Made by a program: the position numbers and the translations under genes. Positions 9,637 to 19,208 of a stretch of 64,000 bases of DNA are shown here, in pieces. Position 1 is the first letter of the stretch. Every line of letters begins with the position of its first letter. Source of the DNA: Bacteriovoracaceae bacterium (GTDB lineage Bacteria > Bdellovibrionota > Bacteriovoracia > Bacteriovoracales > Bacteriovoracaceae); contig JBLIAG010000003.1 in assembly GCA_047634375.1 (NCBI GenBank), positions 10,262 through 74,261 of the forward strand. Reading direction: 5' to 3'. A model generated the notes under the pieces. The model had not been told where the DNA came from. It saw nothing but the letters and a program-made list of their open reading frames with translations, and did no database searches.

Positions 9637-12171
9637 ATGAAAACTTTAATAGCGACTATCTTTTTAAGTATAATGTTTGGTTGTGATAATACTAGTTATG
9701 ATCGCAAACAAGAGAATACTATAATTACTGGAAATACAGATAAGAATGTCTCATCGACAGCTGGAAACTTAGTGGCCAGTGCTATTAAAGAAGTTCATGA
9801 ACTTGATATGGTTTTTTACCCAAAAACTTTAATCAACCCGAATGTAAGTGCTCTGCTGGCAAAGAATATGACACAAGAGGAAATTAGTAATCTTCTTAGT
9901 CTTTATCCTGAAGGGAGTATGGATCAATTTCATATTGGTAATATGTCAGGTAAAGATATTAAAAACTTTTTATTTCAAAGAACAACAGAGCTTTTTTCTG
10001 CTGAATTAGAAGTTGCAGGTGCAAGATACAATTTTAAATTTGATGGTGGTTTTCCACTAGTTAAAACAGTAGTTAGAGAAGATCATAGCGCCATAAAAGA
10101 TAGTGAGTTTTATAAAGTTGCTATCAGTAAATATTATTATTTTTCTGGAGATACTTTTCCAAGTTATAAATATAGAAACTCAATCGAGAGAGTATTTCAG
10201 AATCACTTTATAGAGGTTTCGGCCAGAGATTCAGTAAAGTCTTATATTTCAAATTCTAATTATCAAATTCCTTTTTTAAAAATTAAAAGAGCGATTGTTT
10301 CTCATACTCAAAAAGTTGAGCGTGGTTTTGTTAAGATTTCTGAGATTCAAGGACAAACTCATTTATCAAAAATGAAAGGTGATATTGTCACTGTTAGGGC
10401 CATAGTTACTGCAGAGGCTAGTGTTGATTGGTACCCAGGTGGAACAGAATATTATTTACAAGAAGAAGAAAAGGATTGGGATACAGACTCAAAAACAAGT
10501 GAGGGTATTCACCTATATATTTCAAACAAGTTAACTGATATGCATGTTGGTGATAAAGTCGAAGTAACGGCACAAGTTTACGAGGAAATCTCAGCAAGTG
10601 GCTTAACTCGAACCCAACTTAGAAATATTAAAAGTTATAAAGTTATTAGTTCAGGTAATTCTCTACCAAGGGCCATTATTATCGGTGAGAATGGAGTCGA
10701 AATACCAAAAGAACATGTATCTACTTATAGTGGAAATATAAATAATAAAAAGTCTTTGAAACTATCTGACGGAATTGATTTTTGGGAAAGTTTTGAAGGG
10801 ATGAGAGTTACCATTCAGAATCCAAGAGTTATGGGATTTAGAGGTGGTAAAGAGTCATCTGATCCATTTGAAATGAAAAGTCATTTAACACTTTATGTTC
10901 TTCCTGATGGTCATGGAACTCATAACCTTACTAGAGGTGGCGGAATTATGCCTAACCCTGATAAAGATCTTTGGAATCCTAATCTATTAACTATAGCATC
11001 AGGAAACCTTACAAAAGATTTGAATCCTGAAAAAGCATATAATGTTGGTGAAGTTATTTCAGGTAAATTAACTGGAATTATTAGGTACACGAAAAACTTA
11101 TTTGGTGATGGGGAATATAACTTTATCATCCCTACTGTTCAGGATGACCTCATCACATTCAATAATAAATCTGTTAGTTCAACTTTAGAGAATTGTATTG
11201 AATCTGGTACAGGTGTTATCACTCTAGCGTGTCGGCCAGAAGTTAGTTATAAAGCTAAGAAAAATAAATTAACAATTGCTTCTTATAATCTAAAGAACCT
11301 TTCTGGTAATGATCAAAATAGAATTGAAGCCACTGCCCAAATGTTTAAGTCAAATCTACACTGCCCAGATATCATTGGGCTCGTAGAAGTTCAGGATGAT
11401 AATGGTCTTGATTACGCCGGTAATTCGGATGCATCTTCAATGTTAGATAGATTAATTGATGCAATTCCATGTGGTGATAAGTCTTATAAGGCCCTTAATA
11501 TAAATCCACAACTTCATACTGAGGGTGGACAGCCTGGTGGAAATATTCGTGTGGCCATGCTTTATGATGTTAATCGAGTTAGTTTTAATGAAAGACTGGT
11601 TAGTGGCCCAAGAGATGAGACGACAGTTTTAAAAGGTGGAGTCTTAAGTAATAACCCTGGACGAATTTTTCCTAATGATAAAGCATTTGCAAGAACTCGA
11701 AAAAGTATTATTGCTCAGTTTGGATTTGAAGGTGAAGATGTTTATGTAGTTGTAAATCACTTTAACTCAAAACTTGGTGACTCAGGTCATTGGGGTGCAG
11801 TTCATCCTGTAGTGAGAGGAAGTGAAACAAGAAGGGCCAAGCTTGCATATAAAATGAATGAGTTTATAAGTTTGGTAGAGCGAAGAAATCCAAATGCAAA
11901 TATTGCTGTAATTGGAGATTTTAACGCTTATCTAAATGAAGGTCCGATGAAAATATTAGAGGGGAATATACTCTATAATCTAATGCGTGATCTACCTGAG
12001 AATATGCGTTATACAACAAATCACAATGGTAACTCTCAATCTCTAGATTATATTTTTGTTAATAAAGGTTTGCGTAAAAAGTCTCCTGAGTTTAATGTAC
12101 TTCACCTAAACTCAGACTATATGGGAAGATTATCAGATCATGATCCTGTTAGTGCAGCATTTCAATTTTAG
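9637..12171 (+). CDS. lipoprotein with C-terminal endonuclease/exonuclease/phosphatase (EEP, DNase I-like) domain; probable extracellular nuclease
   Basis: 844 aa; lipobox IMFGCDN; C-terminal ~330 aa carry EEP hallmarks (LTIASYNLKNL, GLVEVQDDNG, terminal SDHDPVSAAFQF); start is 1 nt after the stop of the upstream lipoprotein gene. Confidence 0.65.
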   Translation: MKTLIATIFLSIMFGCDNTSYDRKQENTIITGNTDKNVSSTAGNLVASAIKEVHELDMVFYPKTLINPNVSALLAKNMTQEEISNLLSLYPEGSMDQFHIGNMSGKDIKNFLFQRTTELFSAELEVAGARYNFKFDGGFPLVKTVVREDHSAIKDSEFYKVAISKYYYFSGDTFPSYKYRNSIERVFQNHFIEVSARDSVKSYISNSNYQIPFLKIKRAIVSHTQKVERGFVKISEIQGQTHLSKMKGDIVTVRAIVTAEASVDWYPGGTEYYLQEEEKDWDTDSKTSEGIHLYISNKLTDMHVGDKVEVTAQVYEEISASGLTRTQLRNIKSYKVISSGNSLPRAIIIGENGVEIPKEHVSTYSGNINNKKSLKLSDGIDFWESFEGMRVTIQNPRVMGFRGGKESSDPFEMKSHLTLYVLPDGHGTHNLTRGGGIMPNPDKDLWNPNLLTIASGNLTKDLNPEKAYNVGEVISGKLTGIIRYTKNLFGDGEYNFIIPTVQDDLITFNNKSVSSTLENCIESGTGVITLACRPEVSYKAKKNKLTIASYNLKNLSGNDQNRIEATAQMFKSNLHCPDIIGLVEVQDDNGLDYAGNSDASSMLDRLIDAIPCGDKSYKALNINPQLHTEGGQPGGNIRVAMLYDVNRVSFNERLVSGPRDETTVLKGGVLSNNPGRIFPNDKAFARTRKSIIAQFGFEGEDVYVVVNHFNSKLGDSGHWGAVHPVVRGSETRRAKLAYKMNEFISLVERRNPNANIAVIGDFNAYLNEGPMKILEGNILYNLMRDLPENMRYTTNHNGNSQSLDYIFVNKGLRKKSPEFNVLHLNSDYMGRLSDHDPVSAAFQF

Positions 12172-12309
12172 AAATTATTCCCTGTAAATTTTATTAACTA
12201 TATGAATTTAGGATCATATTCGTTTAAAGATAGGCGAAATGAAGCGGAGTTTCATTGCCTTGCTCGTTTGGAAGTGTTAAATGAGTGATAGATAAACTCT
12301 AAGGTAAGA

Positions 12310-12762
12310 ATGAAAGTATGGATTGATGCGGATGCATGTCCCAAAATGGTTAAAGAGCTAATTTTTAAAGCCTCTTTTCGTTTAAAAGTTGATGTCTGTT
12401 TAGTGGCCAATAGCTATTTAACAATTCCCCTCGCGCCAAATTTAAGCTTCATTAAAGTTGATAGTGGTGCTGACGTCGCAGACGCTTATATTGTCGAACA
12501 TTCAAGTGAAGAAGATTTGGTTGTAACAGCGGATATTCCACTAGCAGCTTTAATTGTAGAGAAGGGAGCTACGGCGATAAACCCAAGGGGTGAGATTTAT
12601 ACCGAAGAGAATATAAGTGAAAGACTATCTGTAAGAAACTTCATGCAAGACCTTAGAGATGGTGGGGTTGATACTGGTGGACCACCTCCATTGGGCCCAA
12701 AAGACAAAGAGCGATTTGCTAACGCTTTTGATCGAATAATGACTCAGCTATTAAGAAAATAA
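12310..12762 (+). CDS. yaiI: YaiI/YqgE family protein (UPF0178/DUF188)
   Basis: 150 aa; N-terminus MKVWIDADACP and overall length match the YaiI family. Confidence 0.65.
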   Translation: MKVWIDADACPKMVKELIFKASFRLKVDVCLVANSYLTIPLAPNLSFIKVDSGADVADAYIVEHSSEEDLVVTADIPLAALIVEKGATAINPRGEIYTEENISERLSVRNFMQDLRDGGVDTGGPPPLGPKDKERFANAFDRIMTQLLRK

Positions 12763-12773
12763 ATTAGGAAAAA

Positions 12774-14165
12774 ATGAAAACATTTCAAGAATTAGATCTA
12801 TTACCAAGTATAAAAAAAGCCTTAGAAGAAAAAGGTTATACGACACCAACACCAATTCAAGCAAAGTCCATCCCACACTTATTAGAAGGAAAAGACTTAC
12901 TTGGTATTGCACAGACAGGGACTGGTAAAACAGCTGCCTTCTCGCTACCAATCATTAACGGAATTGGTAAAACCTTTGTTAAGATGAAACCTAAAAGAAC
13001 TAGGGTTCTTATATTAACTCCAACAAGAGAACTTGCTTCTCAAATAGAAATCAATATTAAGTCTTACGCTAAAGGACTTAGATTAAAGACTAAGGTTATT
13101 TTCGGTGGAGTTGGCGCAACACCTCAGATAAATGCATTAAAACAAGGATTAGATATCGTTGTAGCAACTCCTGGTAGATTGCTAGACCTTATGAATACAA
13201 ATCATATTGTTTTTGATCAACTCGATACTTTTGTTTTAGATGAAGCCGATAGAATGCTAGATATGGGGTTTATTCACGATGTAAAAAAGATCATCGCAAA
13301 ACTACCTCCCAAAAAACAAACTTTATTATTTTCGGCAACAATGCCAAAAGATATTGAAAAACTTGCTGCAACTCTTCTTCATAAGCCAGAAAGGGTTGAG
13401 GTAACTCCTGAATCAAGTACAGTCGATAAGATTACACAATCAGTAAGTATGCTTACCAAAGATAATAAACTACACCTTCTTGTTAAAATTCTTAAAGAAG
13501 AAGATATAAAAAGTGTCCTTGTTTTTACAAGAACAAAACATGGTGCAGATAAAGTTGTTAGAAAACTTGAGCAATCAAGTATCAAAGCTGCTGCCATTCA
13601 TGGAAATAAATCTCAAAACAATCGTGTACGTGCACTCGATAAATTTAGAAGTGGAGAGTTAAAAGTTCTTATTGCTACAGATATTGCAGCACGAGGAATT
13701 GATGTTGAGCATATTAGCCACGTTATCAATTTTAACTTACCTGAAGATCCAAAAAGTTATGTTCACCGAATTGGTAGAACCGCACGTGCGGGTAGAGAAG
13801 GTATTGCGATTTCTTTTTGTGATGCTGCGGAGATGGGGTATTTAAAAACAATCGAAAAACATACTAAACAAAAGATTCCAGTAAACCTAGATCAACCTTA
13901 TCATGAAGAGATGACTCCTGTGGCTCCACCGAAACCTGGTGCGAATAGACAAGGTGGCGGTCGAAATGGTGGTGGTCGAAATGGTGGTGGACGTCAAGGC
14001 GCACCTAAGACCGGTGGAAAGCCAAGTAGTAACTCTAGATCTGGAAATAAAACAAGTAAGAAACCAACTTCAAAACCTGGTCAGAAATCAGCTGCACCTA
14101 AATCTGGAAATACCATTACAAAAAAACCAGCAAGATCATTTCGTAGGAAAGTTAAGAAAGATTAG
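12774..14165 (+). CDS. rhlE: ATP-dependent DEAD-box RNA helicase (RhlE-like) with Gly/Arg/Asn-rich C-terminal tail
   Basis: Q-motif, AQTGTGKT (motif I), DEAD, SAT, HRIGRTARAGREG (motif VI); C-terminal GGGRNGGGRNGGGRQG repeats. Confidence 0.85.
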   Translation: MKTFQELDLLPSIKKALEEKGYTTPTPIQAKSIPHLLEGKDLLGIAQTGTGKTAAFSLPIINGIGKTFVKMKPKRTRVLILTPTRELASQIEINIKSYAKGLRLKTKVIFGGVGATPQINALKQGLDIVVATPGRLLDLMNTNHIVFDQLDTFVLDEADRMLDMGFIHDVKKIIAKLPPKKQTLLFSATMPKDIEKLAATLLHKPERVEVTPESSTVDKITQSVSMLTKDNKLHLLVKILKEEDIKSVLVFTRTKHGADKVVRKLEQSSIKAAAIHGNKSQNNRVRALDKFRSGELKVLIATDIAARGIDVEHISHVINFNLPEDPKSYVHRIGRTARAGREGIAISFCDAAEMGYLKTIEKHTKQKIPVNLDQPYHEEMTPVAPPKPGANRQGGGRNGGGRNGGGRQGAPKTGGKPSSNSRSGNKTSKKPTSKPGQKSAAPKSGNTITKKPARSFRRKVKKD

Positions 14166-14168
14166 AGT

Positions 14169-15788
14169 TTAAGCCGCATTCGGTTCTGAATTAAGGGGAA
14201 GAGTTACAGAAAACACTGTATTCCCCTTTTCACTTTTAACTTTCATTGAGCCACCATGGTTCTCAACAACTGTTAAGCTAAGTGATAACCCAAGCCCTGT
14301 CCCAGAACCAACAGATTTAGTTGTAAAGAAAGGGGTCATAATTTTGTTGATATTTTCTTTTGAAATACCATCACCATTATCAATAATGTCGAGTTTTACA
14401 AAATCTCTCTCTCTTGAAATGAGGACCTTTACTGTTTTAACTTCAACTCTACTTTCTTTGACAGCGTCAAAAGCGTTGTTCAGTAAATTGACAAGTACTC
14501 TTGAAATTTCCACCTGTCGACAATCCAATTGAAGCCTTGGAACATCATTTTGATACTCAAGGGTTACCCCACGCGATTTGAACTTTTGTTGTGACAGATG
14601 GATGGCGTCTTTAGCAATTTCGTCTGTAGTAATCCTTACCATATTGGCATCACTATCATTTCTGGAAAGATTTCTAAGACTTTGGACAATTTGAGATATT
14701 CTATTGACGACCTCTATGATCTTATCTGAGTACTCCATTATTTCTTCATTAGTGATCTTCTCTTTTTTAGCAAGAGTTCTCATTCGAAAGGCATGACCTT
14801 TAACGACTGTGAGTGGGTTGTTAATCTCATGAGCAATTCCACCGGCCATCTCTCCTAAACTAGCGAGTCTTGATGATTCATAGGACATAGCTTTTTGCTG
14901 ATTATATTTAACAGTCATACTATAGAAAAGAATCGAAAAGAAAATAAAGACGATAGAAAAGAAGAAAACGATCTTATTTCTAACCTCATGAACTTTATTA
15001 TACATTTTAGTTGTATCGACATAAGTTTGAGCAATAACATTTTTGATTCTAGGGAAAAGAAAGCTAACATCAATATCTCTTTTGAAATAGGCAACGTTTT
15101 CTTTTATGAAAGATTTTGAAGAGGTTTTATTTTGCTTGTCCTGAGCTGAAAATGTACTTATGTTAAAATTCTTATGGATAATTTCCACTTCTTGTTGGGT
15201 TACTTCTTTGAAAAGTTTTAAAACCTTTTCTAAACTTAAGACCATAACGAAATAATGGCTAACTTCGTAATCGTCACCTTCTATAGGGTAAACAATAATT
15301 TTCTTGATAGAGTTATCTTCTAAAGTGATAAATTCATTTTCATAGGATTGATTATCTAGAGCTGTATTAATTATTGAATTATAATTTTCGTTTTCTAAAT
15401 TTAGGGGGGGGGAATGTTCATTAGTTTTATAGTTGTGAATTACATGTCCAAGATTATTGTATAAAACAAATCTCGTATTTCCAAAAATAGTACTTGTTGA
15501 ATTACCAAAGCCGAGTAGGGCATTCTCCCATTTTATAGGGTTAAAAACTTTTTTCTTTAGAATCTTTGGCCCTTGACCTTTTATCCATATTCTTGCCTGA
15601 GCATTCAATTCATACAGATTAGATTCAATTAGAGTTTCAAGAATCTTTGCTTGTTCACTTGCTGCTTGCCGATCGAATGTGCTTGATAACTCTGATTCAA
15701 TTGAGCTACTTAGAAAAATTACAAAGCTAAGACTTAACGCAAAGGCAGCAACAACTTTTAGAATTTGTTTTGTATTAATCTTGAGCAC
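14169..15788 (-). CDS. sensor histidine kinase with periplasmic sensing domain (GTG start)
   Basis: 539 aa; N-terminal TM, large extracytoplasmic region, second TM, H-box AHEINNPL, N/G boxes (LLNNAFDA, DNGDGI, GTGLGLSL); RBS GGAG before GTG. Confidence 0.75.
   Translation of the reverse strand: MLKINTKQILKVVAAFALSLSFVIFLSSSIESELSSTFDRQAASEQAKILETLIESNLYELNAQARIWIKGQGPKILKKKVFNPIKWENALLGFGNSTSTIFGNTRFVLYNNLGHVIHNYKTNEHSPPLNLENENYNSIINTALDNQSYENEFITLEDNSIKKIIVYPIEGDDYEVSHYFVMVLSLEKVLKLFKEVTQQEVEIIHKNFNISTFSAQDKQNKTSSKSFIKENVAYFKRDIDVSFLFPRIKNVIAQTYVDTTKMYNKVHEVRNKIVFFFSIVFIFFSILFYSMTVKYNQQKAMSYESSRLASLGEMAGGIAHEINNPLTVVKGHAFRMRTLAKKEKITNEEIMEYSDKIIEVVNRISQIVQSLRNLSRNDSDANMVRITTDEIAKDAIHLSQQKFKSRGVTLEYQNDVPRLQLDCRQVEISRVLVNLLNNAFDAVKESRVEVKTVKVLISRERDFVKLDIIDNGDGISKENINKIMTPFFTTKSVGSGTGLGLSLSLTVVENHGGSMKVKSEKGNTVFSVTLPLNSEPNAA
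15404..15412. repeat. G9/C9 homopolymer tract inside the sensor kinase CDS (encodes Ser-Pro-Pro)
   Basis: ttaGGGGGGGGGaatg at 15404-15412; exceptional in this AT-rich sequence. Confidence 0.9.
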
Positions 15789-15927
15789 GATTCTCCATTA
15801 AGTAATTAGCTAATAACGATACCCAATAATCGGCTTTTATTTGGAATTTCTTTAACTTAAGGAGATCTAAACTTACAAAAATATCCATAAGCTATGGTAA
15901 ACTTGGATGTAAATCAAAAGGAATTAT

Positions 15928-16500
15928 ATGAAAAAGATAAGTTTTTTTATTTGTGGGATTTTAATCCTGAGTTTTAATGTAAATGCTAAAGAATTTGAAA
16001 AATTCTGCAAGGGAGTTCCTTCATGGCCAAAAGGACAGGATGTTAGAAAAAATCCAGGTCTAAAGGTTTATGAAGATGTAAAGCTAGGAAAACCCATAGG
16101 AGCAAAATTCGCTATTCAAAAGCTTTCTATGCCAGGTTGGTTAGTTATAGATGCGAGAGATAAAGCGACCCGTGAAACTACTGGAAGAGTTATAGGTGCC
16201 TTACTAATCGTATCTGATTATCAAGTTAAAGCGGATAATGAATTTACCTTGGAAAAATTATTAAAAAGTCTTAATAGTAAGAGGGCACACAAGCACCTTA
16301 AAAAACGATCAATGGCCAAAATTGAAAATATCGCTGATTTAAAAAAACAGAAATATATTTTATTCTGTAATGGATTTAAGTGTCATCGTTCAAGTTTTGC
16401 TGCTTGTCAGCTGAGAGATATGGGGGTGCCATTTAAAAACATCTATTTAGCTCTTGGAGGCTTTGACGATATGAAATCAAGCGGAGCTAAGACGAGATAA
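15928..16500 (+). CDS. secreted rhodanese-like domain protein
   Basis: 190 aa; signal peptide; C-terminal ILFCNGFKCHRSSFAACQLRDMG…LGGFDDM resembles the rhodanese active-site Cys loop and flanking helix. Confidence 0.55.
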   Translation: MKKISFFICGILILSFNVNAKEFEKFCKGVPSWPKGQDVRKNPGLKVYEDVKLGKPIGAKFAIQKLSMPGWLVIDARDKATRETTGRVIGALLIVSDYQVKADNEFTLEKLLKSLNSKRAHKHLKKRSMAKIENIADLKKQKYILFCNGFKCHRSSFAACQLRDMGVPFKNIYLALGGFDDMKSSGAKTR

Positions 16501-16597
16501 GTGATTAGATATTTGGTAATTAAGGAGTTCTTTATTTAAGAATGGTCCTGAAAGTAACGATAAATAAATTCTATGTAAATATACAAGGAAAGGTTTT

Positions 16598-18256
16598 ATG
16601 AAAGTTGCTCCATTACCTATTGATGAAAAAGAGAGATTAGACACTCTTAAGCAGTATGATATTTTAGATACTCTTCCAGAAATGGACTTTGATGATTTTA
16701 CATTATTAGCATCGCATATCTGTGAAGCACCAATAGCTTTAATTTCATTAGTTGATGAATCAAGGCAATGGTTTAAGTCAAAAGTTGGACTAGATGCAAT
16801 GGAAACTCCGCGAGATGTAGCTTTTTGTTCCCATGCTATTCTAAATGATAAAGTCTTTGTTGTTAAGGATTCACTAAATGATGAGCGATTTAAAGATAAT
16901 CCTCTTGCCACTGGTGCGCCGAATGTTAGGTTTTACGCAGGAGCACCTCTAATAACTCCCTCAGGGCACAAAATTGGTACCCTATGTGTAATTGATAGTG
17001 TTCCTAGAAACCTTAAAACAAAACAAATTGATGCTCTAGCGAGGTTATCTAGGCAAGTGGTAAATCAACTTGAATTAAGATTAATAAATAAAGAAGCATT
17101 AAAAACATCGGAATTAAAATCCTCATTTCTAGCAACTATGAGTCACGAAATTAGAACACCGTTAAACGGAATAATTGGCTTTTCTCATTTGTTGGGAGAA
17201 GAAAAACTATCGAAAAAAGCATTAAGTTATGTTCAAAATATAAGTTCTTGCAGTGAGAGCTTACTAACAATAATAAATGACATCTTAGATATTTCGAAAA
17301 TAGAAGCCGGAAAACTATTAATTGAAAAAATTCCCTTTAACTTAAAAACAATTCTAGAAAAATCATTCCTTATTTTTAAAACAAATATTGAGAAAAGACA
17401 ACTGGATGCAAATTTTCTAATTCATGAGAACGTCCCGGAAGTTATTCTTGGGGACCCCTTGAGAATGCGCCAAATCTTTTTAAATTTAATTGGAAACGCA
17501 GTGAAGTTTACTAGTGATGGTGGATCAATAGATATCATCGTAGAAAGAGGATTGGGCCGTGGCAATAACCAACTTGAGTTAATCTTTACTGTCAAAGATT
17601 CGGGAGTTGGAATAAGTCTGGACGATCAAAAAAGACTTTTTGAAAATTTCGAACAAGCGGATAATTCTACAACTCGTAATTATGGTGGCACCGGCCTTGG
17701 ACTCTCTATTTGCTCGAAACTTGTGTCGATGCTTGGGGGAAAAATTTGGGTGGAGAGTGATATAGGGAAGGGCGCATCATTTATTTTTACTATACTCACT
17801 GAGAAAAGTGTATTGAAGCTAGGAAGTGTTGAAGAATCTTTACCACTGGTTTTAAAGGATCATTTAGTTTTAAATATTTTAGCTGCAGAAGATAACCATC
17901 TTAATCAAGTCTTGTTACGAGCAATCTTAAAAAAAATAGGTCAGGACCAAGTACATTTTACTTCAAATGGTCTTGATGTTGTGACAGCTGCAAAAGAGAA
18001 TCACTATGATTTGATTTTAATGGATATTCAAATGCCTAAATTAGATGGATATGAAGCAACTAAAGAAATTAGAAAGGCTTTAGGGGGTGATATTAAAATT
18101 ATTGGACTTTCAGCAAATGCATTTGAGGATGATAAGTTAAAAGCTATTGAAGCAGGCATGGATGGTTATCTTGAAAAACCAATCGACATTGATGAGATAT
18201 CAAAGCTAATTTTGGAAATTGAATGTAGCATTTCAAAACGAAAAAAAATAAGTTAA
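16598..18256 (+). CDS. hybrid sensor histidine kinase/response regulator with N-terminal GAF domain
   Basis: 552 aa; GAF-like N-terminal 160 aa, H-box MSHEIRTPLNGI, N box LIGNAVKFT, G boxes DSGVGI / GTGLGLSI, C-terminal REC domain (AAEDN…LILMDIQMPKLDGYE). Confidence 0.8.
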   Translation: MKVAPLPIDEKERLDTLKQYDILDTLPEMDFDDFTLLASHICEAPIALISLVDESRQWFKSKVGLDAMETPRDVAFCSHAILNDKVFVVKDSLNDERFKDNPLATGAPNVRFYAGAPLITPSGHKIGTLCVIDSVPRNLKTKQIDALARLSRQVVNQLELRLINKEALKTSELKSSFLATMSHEIRTPLNGIIGFSHLLGEEKLSKKALSYVQNISSCSESLLTIINDILDISKIEAGKLLIEKIPFNLKTILEKSFLIFKTNIEKRQLDANFLIHENVPEVILGDPLRMRQIFLNLIGNAVKFTSDGGSIDIIVERGLGRGNNQLELIFTVKDSGVGISLDDQKRLFENFEQADNSTTRNYGGTGLGLSICSKLVSMLGGKIWVESDIGKGASFIFTILTEKSVLKLGSVEESLPLVLKDHLVLNILAAEDNHLNQVLLRAILKKIGQDQVHFTSNGLDVVTAAKENHYDLILMDIQMPKLDGYEATKEIRKALGGDIKIIGLSANAFEDDKLKAIEAGMDGYLEKPIDIDEISKLILEIECSISKRKKIS

Positions 18257-18272
18257 TTCAAAGTATTCCAAA

Positions 18273-18947
18273 TTATAGTAGGAAAATTTCATCATCCCTG
18301 AACCAGGTGGTTATAGATAGTCTCGGTTCAACAACAAGTTTCACTTCGTGATAAATATCAGCGGAAAAGAAAAGAGCAATGCTTCCTTTTTTAGGAGTAA
18401 TCGTTTTTTCTACTTGAGATTTTGATCCACTTTTAAATAAAACAAATTCGCCACCTTTTTTACAATTATTTAGATAGATACAACAGGTCATCTGTCTATG
18501 ACGAGCCAGTTTATGCTGATCTAGATGGGGTTTGTAAAAACCTCCTTGATTATATAATGCAAACTGAGACTCGAATCTTTTTAGTGGAATTCTAAAATAA
18601 TGACTAATTGAATTCATAAGCTCAGTTATAATTGAATTTAAATAAAGTAACGATGTATCTTCCTCGTCAAAGTTAATCCATCTAATCGAGCCGTTTCGTA
18701 TATTGTGATCTTTTTGTGTTTTTATTCCTCTTCCAATTTTTCCATCTGAAAAGAGGTTTCTTTTTTCTTTTTCCATGGAAATTTGGGATAGTTTGTCACA
18801 TAACTCATCTGGCAAAAAGTTTTCTTGATGAAACCATTTATTTTTTTCAAGAGATAAATTAATCCTTTCTAAGTTTATGTTAGACATAAGCTCAACTACG
18901 TTCATGTTTAAATTTGGGCGGCTAACATTTGATGATAACCAATCCAT
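18273..18947 (-). CDS. 2OG-Fe(II) oxygenase superfamily protein (prolyl-hydroxylase-like)
   Basis: 224 aa; HxD…H iron-binding arrangement (YKPHLDQH … IYHEV) in a jelly-roll-length C-terminal half. Confidence 0.5.
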   Translation of the reverse strand: MDWLSSNVSRPNLNMNVVELMSNINLERINLSLEKNKWFHQENFLPDELCDKLSQISMEKEKRNLFSDGKIGRGIKTQKDHNIRNGSIRWINFDEEDTSLLYLNSIITELMNSISHYFRIPLKRFESQFALYNQGGFYKPHLDQHKLARHRQMTCCIYLNNCKKGGEFVLFKSGSKSQVEKTITPKKGSIALFFSADIYHEVKLVVEPRLSITTWFRDDEIFLL

Positions 18948-19008
18948 CCTTATAAAGGTTTCTTCTGTTTCTTCTAACTAAAAGTCTAGGATTGATTATA
19001 ATTACAGA

Positions 19009-19022
19009 GTGGCAATTGCCAC
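19009..19022. promoter_or_regulatory. perfect 14-bp palindrome GTGGCAATTGCCAC in the divergent intergenic region; candidate operator
   Basis: exact 7+7 inverted repeat between divergently transcribed genes 18273-18947(-) and 19209-20117(+). Confidence 0.3.
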
Positions 19023-19208
19023 AGATAGCTATAAAAAAGCTTCGATGGATGAATGTACTTGGTACTTGTTTAAAAAGCAATCTTCTAATTCTAATCAACA
19101 ATATTTCAGATAGTTAAGAGGTTTATTCCTCGATATTAACTTTGAAGATTTTTGTGCTTTTCAATTTGATGAATGATTCTTATAGTTAAGGCTTAATAGA
19201 GAGAGAGA

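Noticed and set aside
13939-14172. 77-aa ORF in alternative frame of the helicase tail
   Set aside because: Arises from the repetitive GGT/CGA-rich tail sequence; the helicase frame is supported by conserved motifs.
14190-14235. hairpin GGGGAA…TTCCCC followed by TTTT at the convergent helicase/kinase junction
   Set aside because: Imperfect stem with a large loop, lying inside the last codons of the minus-strand kinase gene; may act as a weak terminator but the evidence is thin.
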